DNA of 64,000 bases from an uncultured delta proteobacterium (GTDB taxonomy: Bacteria > Desulfobacterota > Desulfomonilia > UBA1062). The translations under genes and the position numbers were made by a program. The stretch covers positions 1 to 64,000 of the forward strand of contig CAWAUM010000001.1 of assembly GCA_963785235.1 (NCBI GenBank). Direction: 5' to 3'. Shown one piece after another: positions 11,090 through 19,771 of this stretch (its first letter is position 1; every line of letters begins with the position of its first letter). The notes beneath the pieces are model-generated. The model saw only the letters and a list, made by a program, of their open reading frames with translations. It did no database searches and had not been told where the DNA came from.

Positions 11090-13042
11090 CTAAAACACAG
11101 TTATTACGCGGGCTATTGTCTCGACCATGCCCACCTGTCCATCGCGGTAGCGGACCTTGCCCTTGACAGGCAGTTCCGTCAGTCCTGTGTACATGGCCTC
11201 GATCATGGGCAGGTAGAGGCCGTAGACAAAGCGCCTCCTTACCTTGCCGGTGCGGGTGAGTTCCTCGTCATCGGCATCGAGGAGCTTGTAGAGCAGAATG
11301 AACCGTTTTATCTTCATGGGCCCTGGCAACTGGTCATTGACTGTTTTCACCTCTTCAAGGATGAGTTGCTCGACCTCGGGCCGCCCTGACAGGTCCGTAT
11401 AGGTGGTGTACGGGATCATACGGTCCTCGGCCCAGTTGCCCACATTGCCAAGATCGATGTTGATGAGCGCCGTGATGAATGGCCGGCCCTCACCGAAGAT
11501 GATGGTTTCTTTAATATATAAGGAAAATTTAAGTCTGGTCTCGATGAAGTCAGGGGAGAAGGCATTGCCTTCCTTATCCCTTATGATATCCTGCTTCCGT
11601 CCGATTATCACCAGGTGGCCGTCGTCGTCGAGGTAACCGGCATCCCCTGTCAGGAACCATCCGTTCTCAAATGCCTTTTCCGTTGATTCATAATCATTGT
11701 AGTAGCCTGCGAAGACCGAGTCGGAAAGCAGCATGACCTCCTGGTCTTTGGATATCTTCACCTCGGTGCCGGGCAGGGCCTTGCCCACGGTCTCGGGTTT
11801 CACCTCGTCATCGGGCTGGGCCTGGAAGATGCCGCAGGTCTCTGTGAGGCCGTAACACTGCTTCAGGTTCAATCCGCAGGCCCTGAAAAAGCGGATCACG
11901 TCAGGGCTGATTGGGTGGCCGCCGGTGTAGGCGCTGATGAACCCCGAGCAGCCTACTCGGTCGAGGAGGGGATTGAACACGAGCGCCTTAGCCATACCAT
12001 TGAGGAAACGCAGGCCAAGAGGTAGGGGCTTCCCGGCTGATTTCAGGTCCACACATGCCGTGCCGATCCGTTCGGCATAAGTGAACATGGCGCGGTTGAT
12101 GGGACCGGCATCGTCGATCTTCACCCTGACCTTTGAAGCCAGGTCCTCCCAGAAGCGAGAAGAGGAGATGAGGAGGCCCGGCCCGATATCCCGGAAGTCG
12201 GCCGTCACGGTCTCGGGCGTCTCGGGGAAGTTCATGGTCATCCCGCCGAGCAAGGCCACTCCGAATCCCCACATCTGGTCCACGATCCAGGCGGGTGGGG
12301 TCATGGAGAGCCAGTTGGACCCGATACCCACCGGATTGGATTCGATCCACTTCCTGCCCATTGCCGCATAGTTCCGGTGGGAGAGCATGGCCAGTTTTGA
12401 GATGCCCGTGGTGCCCGATGTCAGGATCATATGGCACACATCGTCCGGCTTTCCCTTGGCAATCTCTTCGGCGAAAAGACCCGGGTGCCTGGTCTCGTGC
12501 CTTTTCCCGAGGTCAAGCAGGTCTTTATAGCTCATGAGGAGCTTGTTATCTCTATACCCCCTCATGCCAGTGGGGTCCACATAGATGATCACCTGGACGT
12601 GCGGGAGTTTGCCCTGCTGCTCCAACAGCTTGTCTACCTGCTCCTGGTCCTGGACCAGGATGAAGCGTGCCTGGATGCGGTTCAGTGCCGATGTGAGCTC
12701 GCTCGCTACGGCAGAGGTGAAGAGGTTCAGGCTGACCGCGCCGAAGGCCTGAGAGCCGAGCTGGCTGAACAGCCACTCCGGGTGGTTGTTCATGATCATG
12801 CCCACATGGTCGTGACGATTGAGTCCTAAGGCCTTGAGCCCAAGCCCGGTGTACTTCACATAAGATAGGTAATCTACCCAGGTGAAGGCCTGCCAGACAC
12901 CATAGGTCTTTTCCCGGATGGCGATGTGTGTGTTGCCGAGTAGCAAGGCCTGATGATCAAGGGCCTGGGGAAGGGTGCAGCTGGAAATCTTGTCCAGGTG
13001 AGCCTGGCTGACCTTGGTTATAGTCTTTCCGTTGTGGCCCAT
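11090..13042 (-). CDS. Long-chain acyl-CoA synthetase-like AMP-binding enzyme
   Basis: LTSGTTGISK, QCYGLTE, GWFLTGDAG, ELTRTGKVRR. Confidence 0.88.
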   Translation of the reverse strand: MGHNGKTITKVSQAHLDKISSCTLPQALDHQALLLGNTHIAIREKTYGVWQAFTWVDYLSYVKYTGLGLKALGLNRHDHVGMIMNNHPEWLFSQLGSQAFGAVSLNLFTSAVASELTSALNRIQARFILVQDQEQVDKLLEQQGKLPHVQVIIYVDPTGMRGYRDNKLLMSYKDLLDLGKRHETRHPGLFAEEIAKGKPDDVCHMILTSGTTGISKLAMLSHRNYAAMGRKWIESNPVGIGSNWLSMTPPAWIVDQMWGFGVALLGGMTMNFPETPETVTADFRDIGPGLLISSSRFWEDLASKVRVKIDDAGPINRAMFTYAERIGTACVDLKSAGKPLPLGLRFLNGMAKALVFNPLLDRVGCSGFISAYTGGHPISPDVIRFFRACGLNLKQCYGLTETCGIFQAQPDDEVKPETVGKALPGTEVKISKDQEVMLLSDSVFAGYYNDYESTEKAFENGWFLTGDAGYLDDDGHLVIIGRKQDIIRDKEGNAFSPDFIETRLKFSLYIKETIIFGEGRPFITALINIDLGNVGNWAEDRMIPYTTYTDLSGRPEVEQLILEEVKTVNDQLPGPMKIKRFILLYKLLDADDEELTRTGKVRRRFVYGLYLPMIEAMYTGLTELPVKGKVRYRDGQVGMVETIARVITVF

Positions 13043-13051
13043 GATAAGCCC

Positions 13052-13858
13052 CTATGCCCCTTCCTGAGTTTCCAGGCCCAGGTCCGTGGTGTCCCCGAGA
13101 TAGGCCCTGATGACATCGGGGTGGTCCTGGATCTCTTCCGGCTTTCCCTCGGCGAGTTTTTCACCGAAGTTGAGCACAATGACACGCTCGGAGATGCTCA
13201 TGACAATGGACATGTCATGCTCCACCAGGATCATGGTCTGGCCCCACCCGTCGTGCAGCTCTAAAAGGAAGCGAACCATATCCTCCTTTTCTTCCAGGGT
13301 CATGCCTGCAAAAGGCTCGTCCAGAACCAGCAGTCTGGGTTCCGAGGCCAAGGCCCTGCCAAGTTCCACACGCTTGCGCAGGCCATAGGGCAGAGAGCCA
13401 ACAAGCTCCTTGCGGATGGACTGCATTTCAAGAAAGTCGATGATCTCTTCCAATATCTCGTGATGTCTGATCTCTTCTGTTTTGACTGAAGGGGAATACA
13501 GGCACGCCAGGGCGAAGTTGTATGATGATCTGGTATGGCGGGCCAGCAGCATGTTCTGGAGAACGGTCATACCCGGGAAGAGCTCGATGTTCTGAAAGGT
13601 CCTTCCGATACCCAGCGAGGTGAGTTTGTGGGTGTGCATATGTACAATGCTCTGGCCGTTAAAGATAATATCGCCGCTTGTCGCCTTATAAAATCCCGTG
13701 ATGCAGTTCAGCAGGCTTGTCTTGCCCGCGCCGTTGGGCCCTATGATTGCCACGAGTTCGCCGGTATGGACCGACAGGTCCACATTCTTGACCGCCTGGA
13801 TGCCGCCGAAGGCGAGAGACAGGCTTTTGACCTCAAGCTCAGCCTGCCTCATCGCCAT
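13052..13858 (-). CDS. Liv-type ABC transporter ATP-binding subunit (LivG-like)
   Basis: GPNGAGKTS, RTFQN, LPYG, LDEPFAG, VEHDM, VIRAYLG. Confidence 0.92.
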   Translation of the reverse strand: MAMRQAELEVKSLSLAFGGIQAVKNVDLSVHTGELVAIIGPNGAGKTSLLNCITGFYKATSGDIIFNGQSIVHMHTHKLTSLGIGRTFQNIELFPGMTVLQNMLLARHTRSSYNFALACLYSPSVKTEEIRHHEILEEIIDFLEMQSIRKELVGSLPYGLRKRVELGRALASEPRLLVLDEPFAGMTLEEKEDMVRFLLELHDGWGQTMILVEHDMSIVMSISERVIVLNFGEKLAEGKPEEIQDHPDVIRAYLGDTTDLGLETQEGA

Positions 13859-13916
13859 CTTGTCGGCGGAGAATATTCGTGGATGCCCTCGAAATGCCCT
13901 CACAAAGAATCCTTTG

Positions 13917-15125
13917 CTACTTCAGTATCTTGATCTTGTCCTTGCCCGGGGTGAAGAAGTTGGTCAGGGGTGTAAAGGTCTCGTTCTCATGGATCTGGAC
14001 TATCCTGCCCTTGAAGGAAGCGCCATGGTCGTCCTTGGTGTAAGTAATATTTGGCACTAATCCTCCGAAGTCCTCATTGTTAAAGGTTTCCATGGCTTTG
14101 TTGATGTTCTCTGGTGTGATTTTTCCGAACTTTTCCTGTGCCCTTATGAATGCCCTCTCCATGATCATGCCCACGACTACGCCCTCCCAGTAGGCGGTGT
14201 CAAAGGAGTCGACGGTCTTGTAGCGCTTCCAGAGTTCTTCCATGATCTTCATGCCAGGGGCTTTGTCCGTGGGCAGGCCGCCGCAGAACTGCATCTTCAC
14301 GCGATCTTTTATAAGTCCTTTACCATTCTTGAAGAAGTCGGGGTCCGTGGATGTCCAGGTGCCTATGAAGATGGGGTTGTAGCCGATGCGGTCCGCGCTC
14401 TTGAGGGTGCTGATGATGGCTGCTGGCAGCATCTGCATGAATACATACTGGGCGCCCTTCTGCTTGAGCCGTAAGAGTTCGGTGGTCAGGTCTACGGTCT
14501 GGGGCGGGAATTCCTCAATTGAAACAAGATCGATGTTTTTTGTCTTGGCGTATTCCTTGCTCGGCTCGTGGATGGAGCGGCCGTAGGGGTTGTTGTAGGT
14601 CAGCAGGCCGATCTTCGGTGCGCCGGGGTCCTTATGGACGGCAGCGATGTACTCCATGACCGCCTGACAGTCGAGCTTGTAGTTGCCGAAAGGCAGGTAC
14701 ATGTAGTCAACCGGCGGCTGCAGAAGCTCCCAGGCCGTGGAGTAGTTGATGGCCGGGATCTTGAACTGCTGCAGCAGAGGTTTTGCCTGCATGCCTTCTG
14801 CCGCCCCCCAGGTGGCTATCATATCCACCTTGTCCTGCATGGCGAATTTCCTCACCGCAGCCACGGCCTCGGATGCCTTATATGCAGTATCCACGGTAAT
14901 CATCTGGATCTTGTTGCCTTTGACGCCGCCCTTGACCTCATTGACGTACTTAAAGTAATCCTGCTGTCCCTTGGCATGGTACTGGCCCCAGGTGGATGCC
15001 GGGCCGGTGAGGTTGATGGCAGCGCCCACCTTGATATCCTTGGCATGCGCGATTGGCGCAGTAATGCAGCAGACTGCAAGCAACAACCCCCCCATAATCA
15101 ATGCTGAACTTACTCTCCCCTTCAT
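13917..15125 (-). CDS. Liv-family (PBP type 1) ABC substrate-binding protein
   Basis: Signal peptide ending AHA; IKVGAAINLTGPAS, NEVKGGVKG, DTAY, YNNPYGR; SD GGAGG before ATG 15125. Confidence 0.88.
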   Translation of the reverse strand: MKGRVSSALIMGGLLLAVCCITAPIAHAKDIKVGAAINLTGPASTWGQYHAKGQQDYFKYVNEVKGGVKGNKIQMITVDTAYKASEAVAAVRKFAMQDKVDMIATWGAAEGMQAKPLLQQFKIPAINYSTAWELLQPPVDYMYLPFGNYKLDCQAVMEYIAAVHKDPGAPKIGLLTYNNPYGRSIHEPSKEYAKTKNIDLVSIEEFPPQTVDLTTELLRLKQKGAQYVFMQMLPAAIISTLKSADRIGYNPIFIGTWTSTDPDFFKNGKGLIKDRVKMQFCGGLPTDKAPGMKIMEELWKRYKTVDSFDTAYWEGVVVGMIMERAFIRAQEKFGKITPENINKAMETFNNEDFGGLVPNITYTKDDHGASFKGRIVQIHENETFTPLTNFFTPGKDKIKILK

Positions 15126-15189
15126 AACACTACCTCCCTTACAGTTTTTTCTGTCCATCACACCTGTGATGGGGTACCGCTTCATGAAC

Positions 15190-15237
15190 AAAAAAAAGCC
15201 GCAGGTAGACAAGTACGGTCTACCTACGGCTTTTTTT
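15190..15237 (-). terminator. Intrinsic terminator (attenuator) in the 5' leader of the ABC operon
   Basis: GCCGTAGGTAGAC-cgtactt-GTCTACCTGCGGC (13 bp, one G-U) followed by T8, about 65 nt upstream of the first ATG. Confidence 0.9.
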
Positions 15238-15271
15238 GACTAGATCTAAAAAAGCTTAAACGCAGGCAGAC
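15218..15271 (-). promoter_or_regulatory. Antiterminator hairpin overlapping the terminator 5' arm
   Basis: GTCTGCCTGCG (15271-15261) pairs with CGTAGGTAGAC (15228-15218); the inner GCTTTTTT/AAAAAAGC helix extends it. Confidence 0.8.
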
Positions 15272-15325
15272 CTAATCAAAAAAGAAAAACCCGAAAGAAT
15301 TATTTGTCAAAATTCTCGTTGCCAT
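15272..15325 (-). CDS. Phe-rich leader peptide MATRILTNNSFGFFFFD
   Basis: ATG GCA ACG AGA ATT TTG ACA AAT AAT TCT TTC GGG TTT TTC TTT TTT GAT TAG; 5 Phe in the last 7 codons; the stop abuts the antiterminator arm. Confidence 0.8.
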   Translation of the reverse strand: MATRILTNNSFGFFFFD

Positions 15326-15334
15326 AGACTAGGG

Positions 15335-15363
15335 CCTTTAAAGAAAACTCCCTAAGAAGTCAA
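15335..15363 (-). promoter_or_regulatory. Candidate sigma70 promoter of the leader
   Basis: TTGACT-N17-TAAAGG; the -10 element is imperfect. Confidence 0.45.
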
Positions 15364-15420
15364 GGGAAAACTGGCAAGAGGTGTAAACTGACGATGCGAT
15401 ATGGTTAGGGTTTTAGCTGA

Positions 15421-15468
15421 CCCGAACAATTCAGTGAGTTTCCGAAGAAACTCACTGAATTGTTCGGG
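15421..15468. repeat. Perfect 22-bp inverted repeat with 4-nt loop
   Basis: CCCGAACAATTCAGTGAGTTTC-cgaa-GAAACTCACTGAATTGTTCGGG. Confidence 0.9.
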
Positions 15469-15497
15469 CTAAGAAAAGATTTCTATCAAAAATCCTC

Positions 15498-16391
15498 TCA
15501 TATCACCGATGGTATCGACCGGTAGTGTTCCTGGCGCTGCTTTTCCGGTAAGGCGAGAAAGGTGTTGATGAGGCGCAGCATCTCTTCCCTGTTTTCATCG
15601 AGCCTGCCGAAGACCTGGATATAGTTGTTTGAATGATCGCAGGCGAGGACTGCAGGCGTTGGATCCAGGGCGGCAATTAGGTCTCTGAGTTCCATAACCG
15701 TGCCTTCAGCGGTCTGTTCAATGAACTCGCCGGCATGTATTTTTTCCATGAGTTTCGACATGGGGTGGATCCACAACCGCCGCACCCGGATAAAGTGGGG
15801 CTTTACCTCATTGATTACACAGGCCGAGCCTTTAACGTGATCTTCCCACAGTGCCTGTCCGCCCAGCCCAAGAAGGAAGTAGAAAGACAACTCCATGCCC
15901 GAGGTCATGGCCTTTTCCCCGGCATCGATGAGCTGTTTCTGGGTGGTACCCTTCTTGTGCAGCGAAAGCACCGCATCCGAACCGCTCTCCATCCCCACAT
16001 GGACCCGGTCTAGGCCCGCATCATGGATGGCAAGGAGCTCCGCTTGCGTCTTCTTGGCCAGGCTTGATGCCCTGGCATAAGCCGTAACCCGATTCACGAA
16101 AGGGAACTTCGCCCTGAGGTGTTTCAGGACTTCTACGAGAAAGTCCGTGGGCAGATGGAGCGGGTTTGCATCGCCTAAAAATGCGGTCTTGAAGATGTCT
16201 CCGTACATTTCATGCAGGGCGTCGATGTCTTTGATCACCTCGCCCACGGTACGCTCGGAGTAGGGGGTATCGAAATAATCGTAAATACCGCAGAACAGGC
16301 ACCGGTTCCAGTTGCAACCGCGTACGGTCCTGATGAGAAGGCTCCTGGCCTCGCTGGGCGGTCTGATCACGAGATGTTCGGGGACATGCAT
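15498..16391 (-). CDS. Radical SAM protein (RPPSE-type, function unknown)
   Basis: IRPPSEARSLL, CNWNRCLFC (CX3CX2C), FLGDAN, HVGMESGSD, DHSNN. Confidence 0.88.
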   Translation of the reverse strand: MHVPEHLVIRPPSEARSLLIRTVRGCNWNRCLFCGIYDYFDTPYSERTVGEVIKDIDALHEMYGDIFKTAFLGDANPLHLPTDFLVEVLKHLRAKFPFVNRVTAYARASSLAKKTQAELLAIHDAGLDRVHVGMESGSDAVLSLHKKGTTQKQLIDAGEKAMTSGMELSFYFLLGLGGQALWEDHVKGSACVINEVKPHFIRVRRLWIHPMSKLMEKIHAGEFIEQTAEGTVMELRDLIAALDPTPAVLACDHSNNYIQVFGRLDENREEMLRLINTFLALPEKQRQEHYRSIPSVI

Positions 16392-16453
16392 GTTGCTGTT
16401 ATAGGGCGAGGAAGTCCCGGGGTCAAGGAGTTGAGAGTTCTAGGCTATAAATC

Positions 16454-16879
16454 CTAAGCGGAATCATCACCTGTGGTGAAACTACTGGTGTAATCCGAAC
16501 TGAGGGACCTGCCATGAGTGTCTTTCAGCTGGGTTTTTATTGTCACGGTATACGTTGTGAGCTTGTCCAGCTTAGCCGTTGGTGTAAATGATACGGCTAT
16601 ACCATACGAGGAAACCGTTCCAGCAACAGATTTTCCTTTGTCATCCGTCAAAAGGATTGTTGCGTTAGTTGCAGTCGTTTTATCAATGTCATTTGAGAAC
16701 GTAATTGATATTGTAACGCTTTGTGAAGTAGCCGTTGCTCCGTTGGCCGGTATGATATCGTACACCTTGAAAGCATTGCTGTTTTTGTCATCGAACACAT
16801 CACACGATAAGAGGAATACGGAACACAGCACGGTTACCATAAGAAGGACGATCAGGTTTTTGATAAGTTCATTTTTCAT
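16454..16879 (-). CDS. Lipoprotein with bacterial Ig-like (Big_5-type) domain
   Basis: Lipobox LLSC; PANGAT...ISITFSNDID...FTPTAKL...TTYTVTI...SFTTG. Confidence 0.8.
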   Translation of the reverse strand: MKNELIKNLIVLLMVTVLCSVFLLSCDVFDDKNSNAFKVYDIIPANGATATSQSVTISITFSNDIDKTTATNATILLTDDKGKSVAGTVSSYGIAVSFTPTAKLDKLTTYTVTIKTQLKDTHGRSLSSDYTSSFTTGDDSA

Positions 16880-16995
16880 TGTCTGCTCTCCTCCATTATA
16901 AAATAAAAAAAATGTTTTAGGGCCTGATAAGTATAAATTAAATTTTTAAAAATTGCATGATGAATTTCTCTATGAATATGAGTTACAAGATACCC

Positions 16996-17409
16996 ATGGA
17001 AATCTTATACACCCCAATCGGCATCATGCACTGTGAGCTCTTTGACCCGGACACAGCGCCCAAGTTTTATACCGAATCCTCCATCAAAGGGACTATCGAG
17101 ATCTTTGAGGCGTATGAGGAAGGACTTGCCGGGCTCAATGAATACGACCATATCATGGTCTTCTTCCACTTCCACCGCTCTGCGGGTTATAATCTCATGC
17201 AGAAGAGACGTGGCGTGGGTCAGTTGCGCGGTGTGTTCAGCCTTTGCTCGCCAAACAGGCCCAATGGCATCGGTATGTCGATCCTTAAGCTTATTAAAAT
17301 AGAGGGTAACATGCTTTATGTGGAAAACGTCGACCTGCTTGACGGCACGCCCATCCTCGACATAAAGCCTTACAAACCGCAGGATTACCCGTGCAGGACA
17401 AAGGACTGA
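16996..17409 (+). CDS. tsaA: TrmO/TsaA-family tRNA t6A37 N6-methyltransferase-like protein
   Basis: TPIGIMH, FHFH, GVFSLCSPNRPNGIG, VDLLDGTPILDIKPY. Confidence 0.85.
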   Translation: MEILYTPIGIMHCELFDPDTAPKFYTESSIKGTIEIFEAYEEGLAGLNEYDHIMVFFHFHRSAGYNLMQKRRGVGQLRGVFSLCSPNRPNGIGMSILKLIKIEGNMLYVENVDLLDGTPILDIKPYKPQDYPCRTKD

Positions 17410-17621
17410 AGCCCTGAGCCGCCCGAATATGGATTGAATTTTTTCCCCTGATGTGGTTGTGTAATACACTTAGAGATGGAAACAAGGCTAGAGGTGTGCT
17501 CATGAAAGGCACCTATCAAGGATCATTATAGGACAGACATCCGCCAAGATAAGGCCTAAAGAACCATCTTACAAACAATGGAAGTACCTGCATCATGATA
17601 AGGATCGCAAGGAGATAATCA

Positions 17622-18499
17622 ATGGAATACGATATGCCGCTCTACAGGCCGCCTTCAGAGGCTCGCTCTCTTATCTTCCAGGTTACGTTAGGCTGTTCGT
17701 GGAACAAATGTATGTTCTGTGCCATGTACAAGACCAAGGATTTCCTGGTGAGGCCTTTCGATGAGATCGAGAAGGAAGTCATTGAGATGGCGAGGCATTA
17801 CCCCCAGACGCGCAAGATCTTCCTGGCTGACGGCGATCCTCTGGCTGCACCAACGGATTTCCTTATCAGGGTGCTCGACCTCATGAACCAGCGGTTCCCC
17901 AACCTGGAGCGCATCAGCACCTATGCTGGCCCCACCAACCTTAAGGACAAGACAATTGAAGAACTAAAGGAGTTCAAGGCACGCAAGCTCGATGTCCTCT
18001 ACCTCGGCATCGAGACCGGTCATGATCCCCTCCTGAAAAGGATCAAGAAGGGGGCAAAGGCCTCTTTGATCATAGAAGTCTGCAGGAAGGCAAAAGATGC
18101 CGGCCTGCGCATGTCCACCTTCATCATCCTTGGCCTGGGTGGAGTAGGGGGCAGTTATGACCATGCCAAGGATTCTGCCCGGGTGGCAAATGCCATCGAC
18201 CCGAACTTTCTGGCAACGCTCACCCTTATGCTCGGACCCTACGAGAAGATCTACGAGCAGGAGATGATGGGTGACGGCTTCAAGCTCATTGACAAGAAGC
18301 AGTCCCTGCAGGAGCTCAGGTGGTTCGTGGAGGACCTTACCTCACCGACTGCAAGTTCGGCTCCGAGCACGCATCCAACTATTTGCCCATCAGCGGGACC
18401 CTGCCCCGGGACAAAGAGGAGATCCTCAGGCTCATCGACAAGGCGCTTGACGACACCTCCTCGAAGATGATCAGGCCCGAATGGGCCCGGGGGCTGTGA
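17622..18499 (+). CDS. Radical SAM protein (RPPSE-type paralog; frameshift near 18340)
   Basis: LYRPPSEARSLI, CSWNKCMFC, FLADGD, YLGIETG; the C-terminus resumes as SEHASNYL...EWARGL and stops at 18499. Confidence 0.88.
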
Positions 18500-18502
18500 A
18501 AA

Positions 18503-19771
18503 GTGATCAATGCAATACGCGGCATGAATGATATCCTTCCTGAAGAGGCGGCCAAGTGGCGCCTTGTTGAGGAAGCTACACGAACTATCTTTTCACTCTA
18601 CGGCTTTTCCGAGCTGAGGCCGCCCGTGATGGAAAGGACAGAACTCTTTCTTCGCGGCATTGGCGATGACACCGATGTAGTGGAAAAGCAGATGTACACC
18701 TTTATTGATAAATCCGGCGACTCGGTGACGCTTCGGCCCGAGGCAACTGCATGTGTGCTCCGGGCGGTCATTGAGCACGGCCTGTTGAACAAAGACCCAA
18801 TCGTCAAGCTTTACAGCCTCGGGCCCATGTTCCGCTATGAGCGACCCCAGAAGGGCAGATACCGCCAGTTTCACCAGATCAACGCCGAGCGTCTGGGCGA
18901 GGACGGCCCTCTGGCAGATGCCGAGACGCTGGCCATGGCCTATAACCTGGCGAGCTCCATCCTGGGCAGCGATGTGCTGCTCATGGAGGTGAACTCACTG
19001 GGTTGCAAGCAATGCAGGCCAATGTTCCAGGGGGCGTTGCAGCAGTTCCTCGCCTCCAGACAGGACAACCTTTGCGGCGATTGTAAAAGACGGATGAATA
19101 CAAACCCGCTGCGGGTATTGGACTGCAAGGTGCCTACATGCAAGGAGGCGGTGCAGGGCGCACCTTTCATCGAAGAACACCTCTGCGAAGACTGCCGGAC
19201 CCATTATGCAACAGTCCTGACAGGACTGGCCGCCTTTGGCGTGCGCTATGAGAAGAACCCCAGGCTGGTCAGAGGCCTTGATTATTACACCAGGACCACC
19301 TTTGAGATAACGGCCACGGGTCTCGGGTCTCAGAACGCCATCGCGGGCGGCGGCAGATATGACGATCTCTTGAGCACATTGGGAGGTCCGGCTGTTGGCG
19401 GTATCGGCTTCGCATTCGGTATGGAGCGCATGATCATGCTCATGGGTGAGCGTAACGAGCACATCAAGGGGTGTTTTGTAGTAACCCAGGCTGAACCCCG
19501 GGTGGAGCAGGAGGCCTTAGGCCTCATGGCTGAACTCAGGGCTGCAGGTATCCGGGTTGAGGCGGCCTTCGGCAAGAGCTTCAAGGCCCAGATGCGCCGC
19601 GCAGACAGAGCAGGGTACCCTGTCTGTATCATCATTGGGGGGACCGAGGTGGATTCGTCCACCCTTACTCTCAAGGATATGATCAATGATGTGCCCCAGC
19701 GAACGGTTAAGAGAAAAGATGCCCTTGAAGAGATTAAACCCATGCTTGTGAATAAAGGAGATAACACGTGA
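18503..19771 (+). CDS. hisS: Histidyl-tRNA synthetase
   Basis: [42 protein letters not shown]. Confidence 0.97.
   Translation: MINAIRGMNDILPEEAAKWRLVEEATRTIFSLYGFSELRPPVMERTELFLRGIGDDTDVVEKQMYTFIDKSGDSVTLRPEATACVLRAVIEHGLLNKDPIVKLYSLGPMFRYERPQKGRYRQFHQINAERLGEDGPLADAETLAMAYNLASSILGSDVLLMEVNSLGCKQCRPMFQGALQQFLASRQDNLCGDCKRRMNTNPLRVLDCKVPTCKEAVQGAPFIEEHLCEDCRTHYATVLTGLAAFGVRYEKNPRLVRGLDYYTRTTFEITATGLGSQNAIAGGGRYDDLLSTLGGPAVGGIGFAFGMERMIMLMGERNEHIKGCFVVTQAEPRVEQEALGLMAELRAAGIRVEAAFGKSFKAQMRRADRAGYPVCIIIGGTEVDSSTLTLKDMINDVPQRTVKRKDALEEIKPMLVNKGDNT

Noticed and set aside
15421-15468. CRISPR repeat or IS end
   Set aside because: Single copy in the window, with no spacers, cas genes or transposase.
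17492-17531. Micro-ORF MKGTYQGSL with a GAGGT SD
   Set aside because: No codon enrichment or associated RNA structure; cannot be distinguished from chance.
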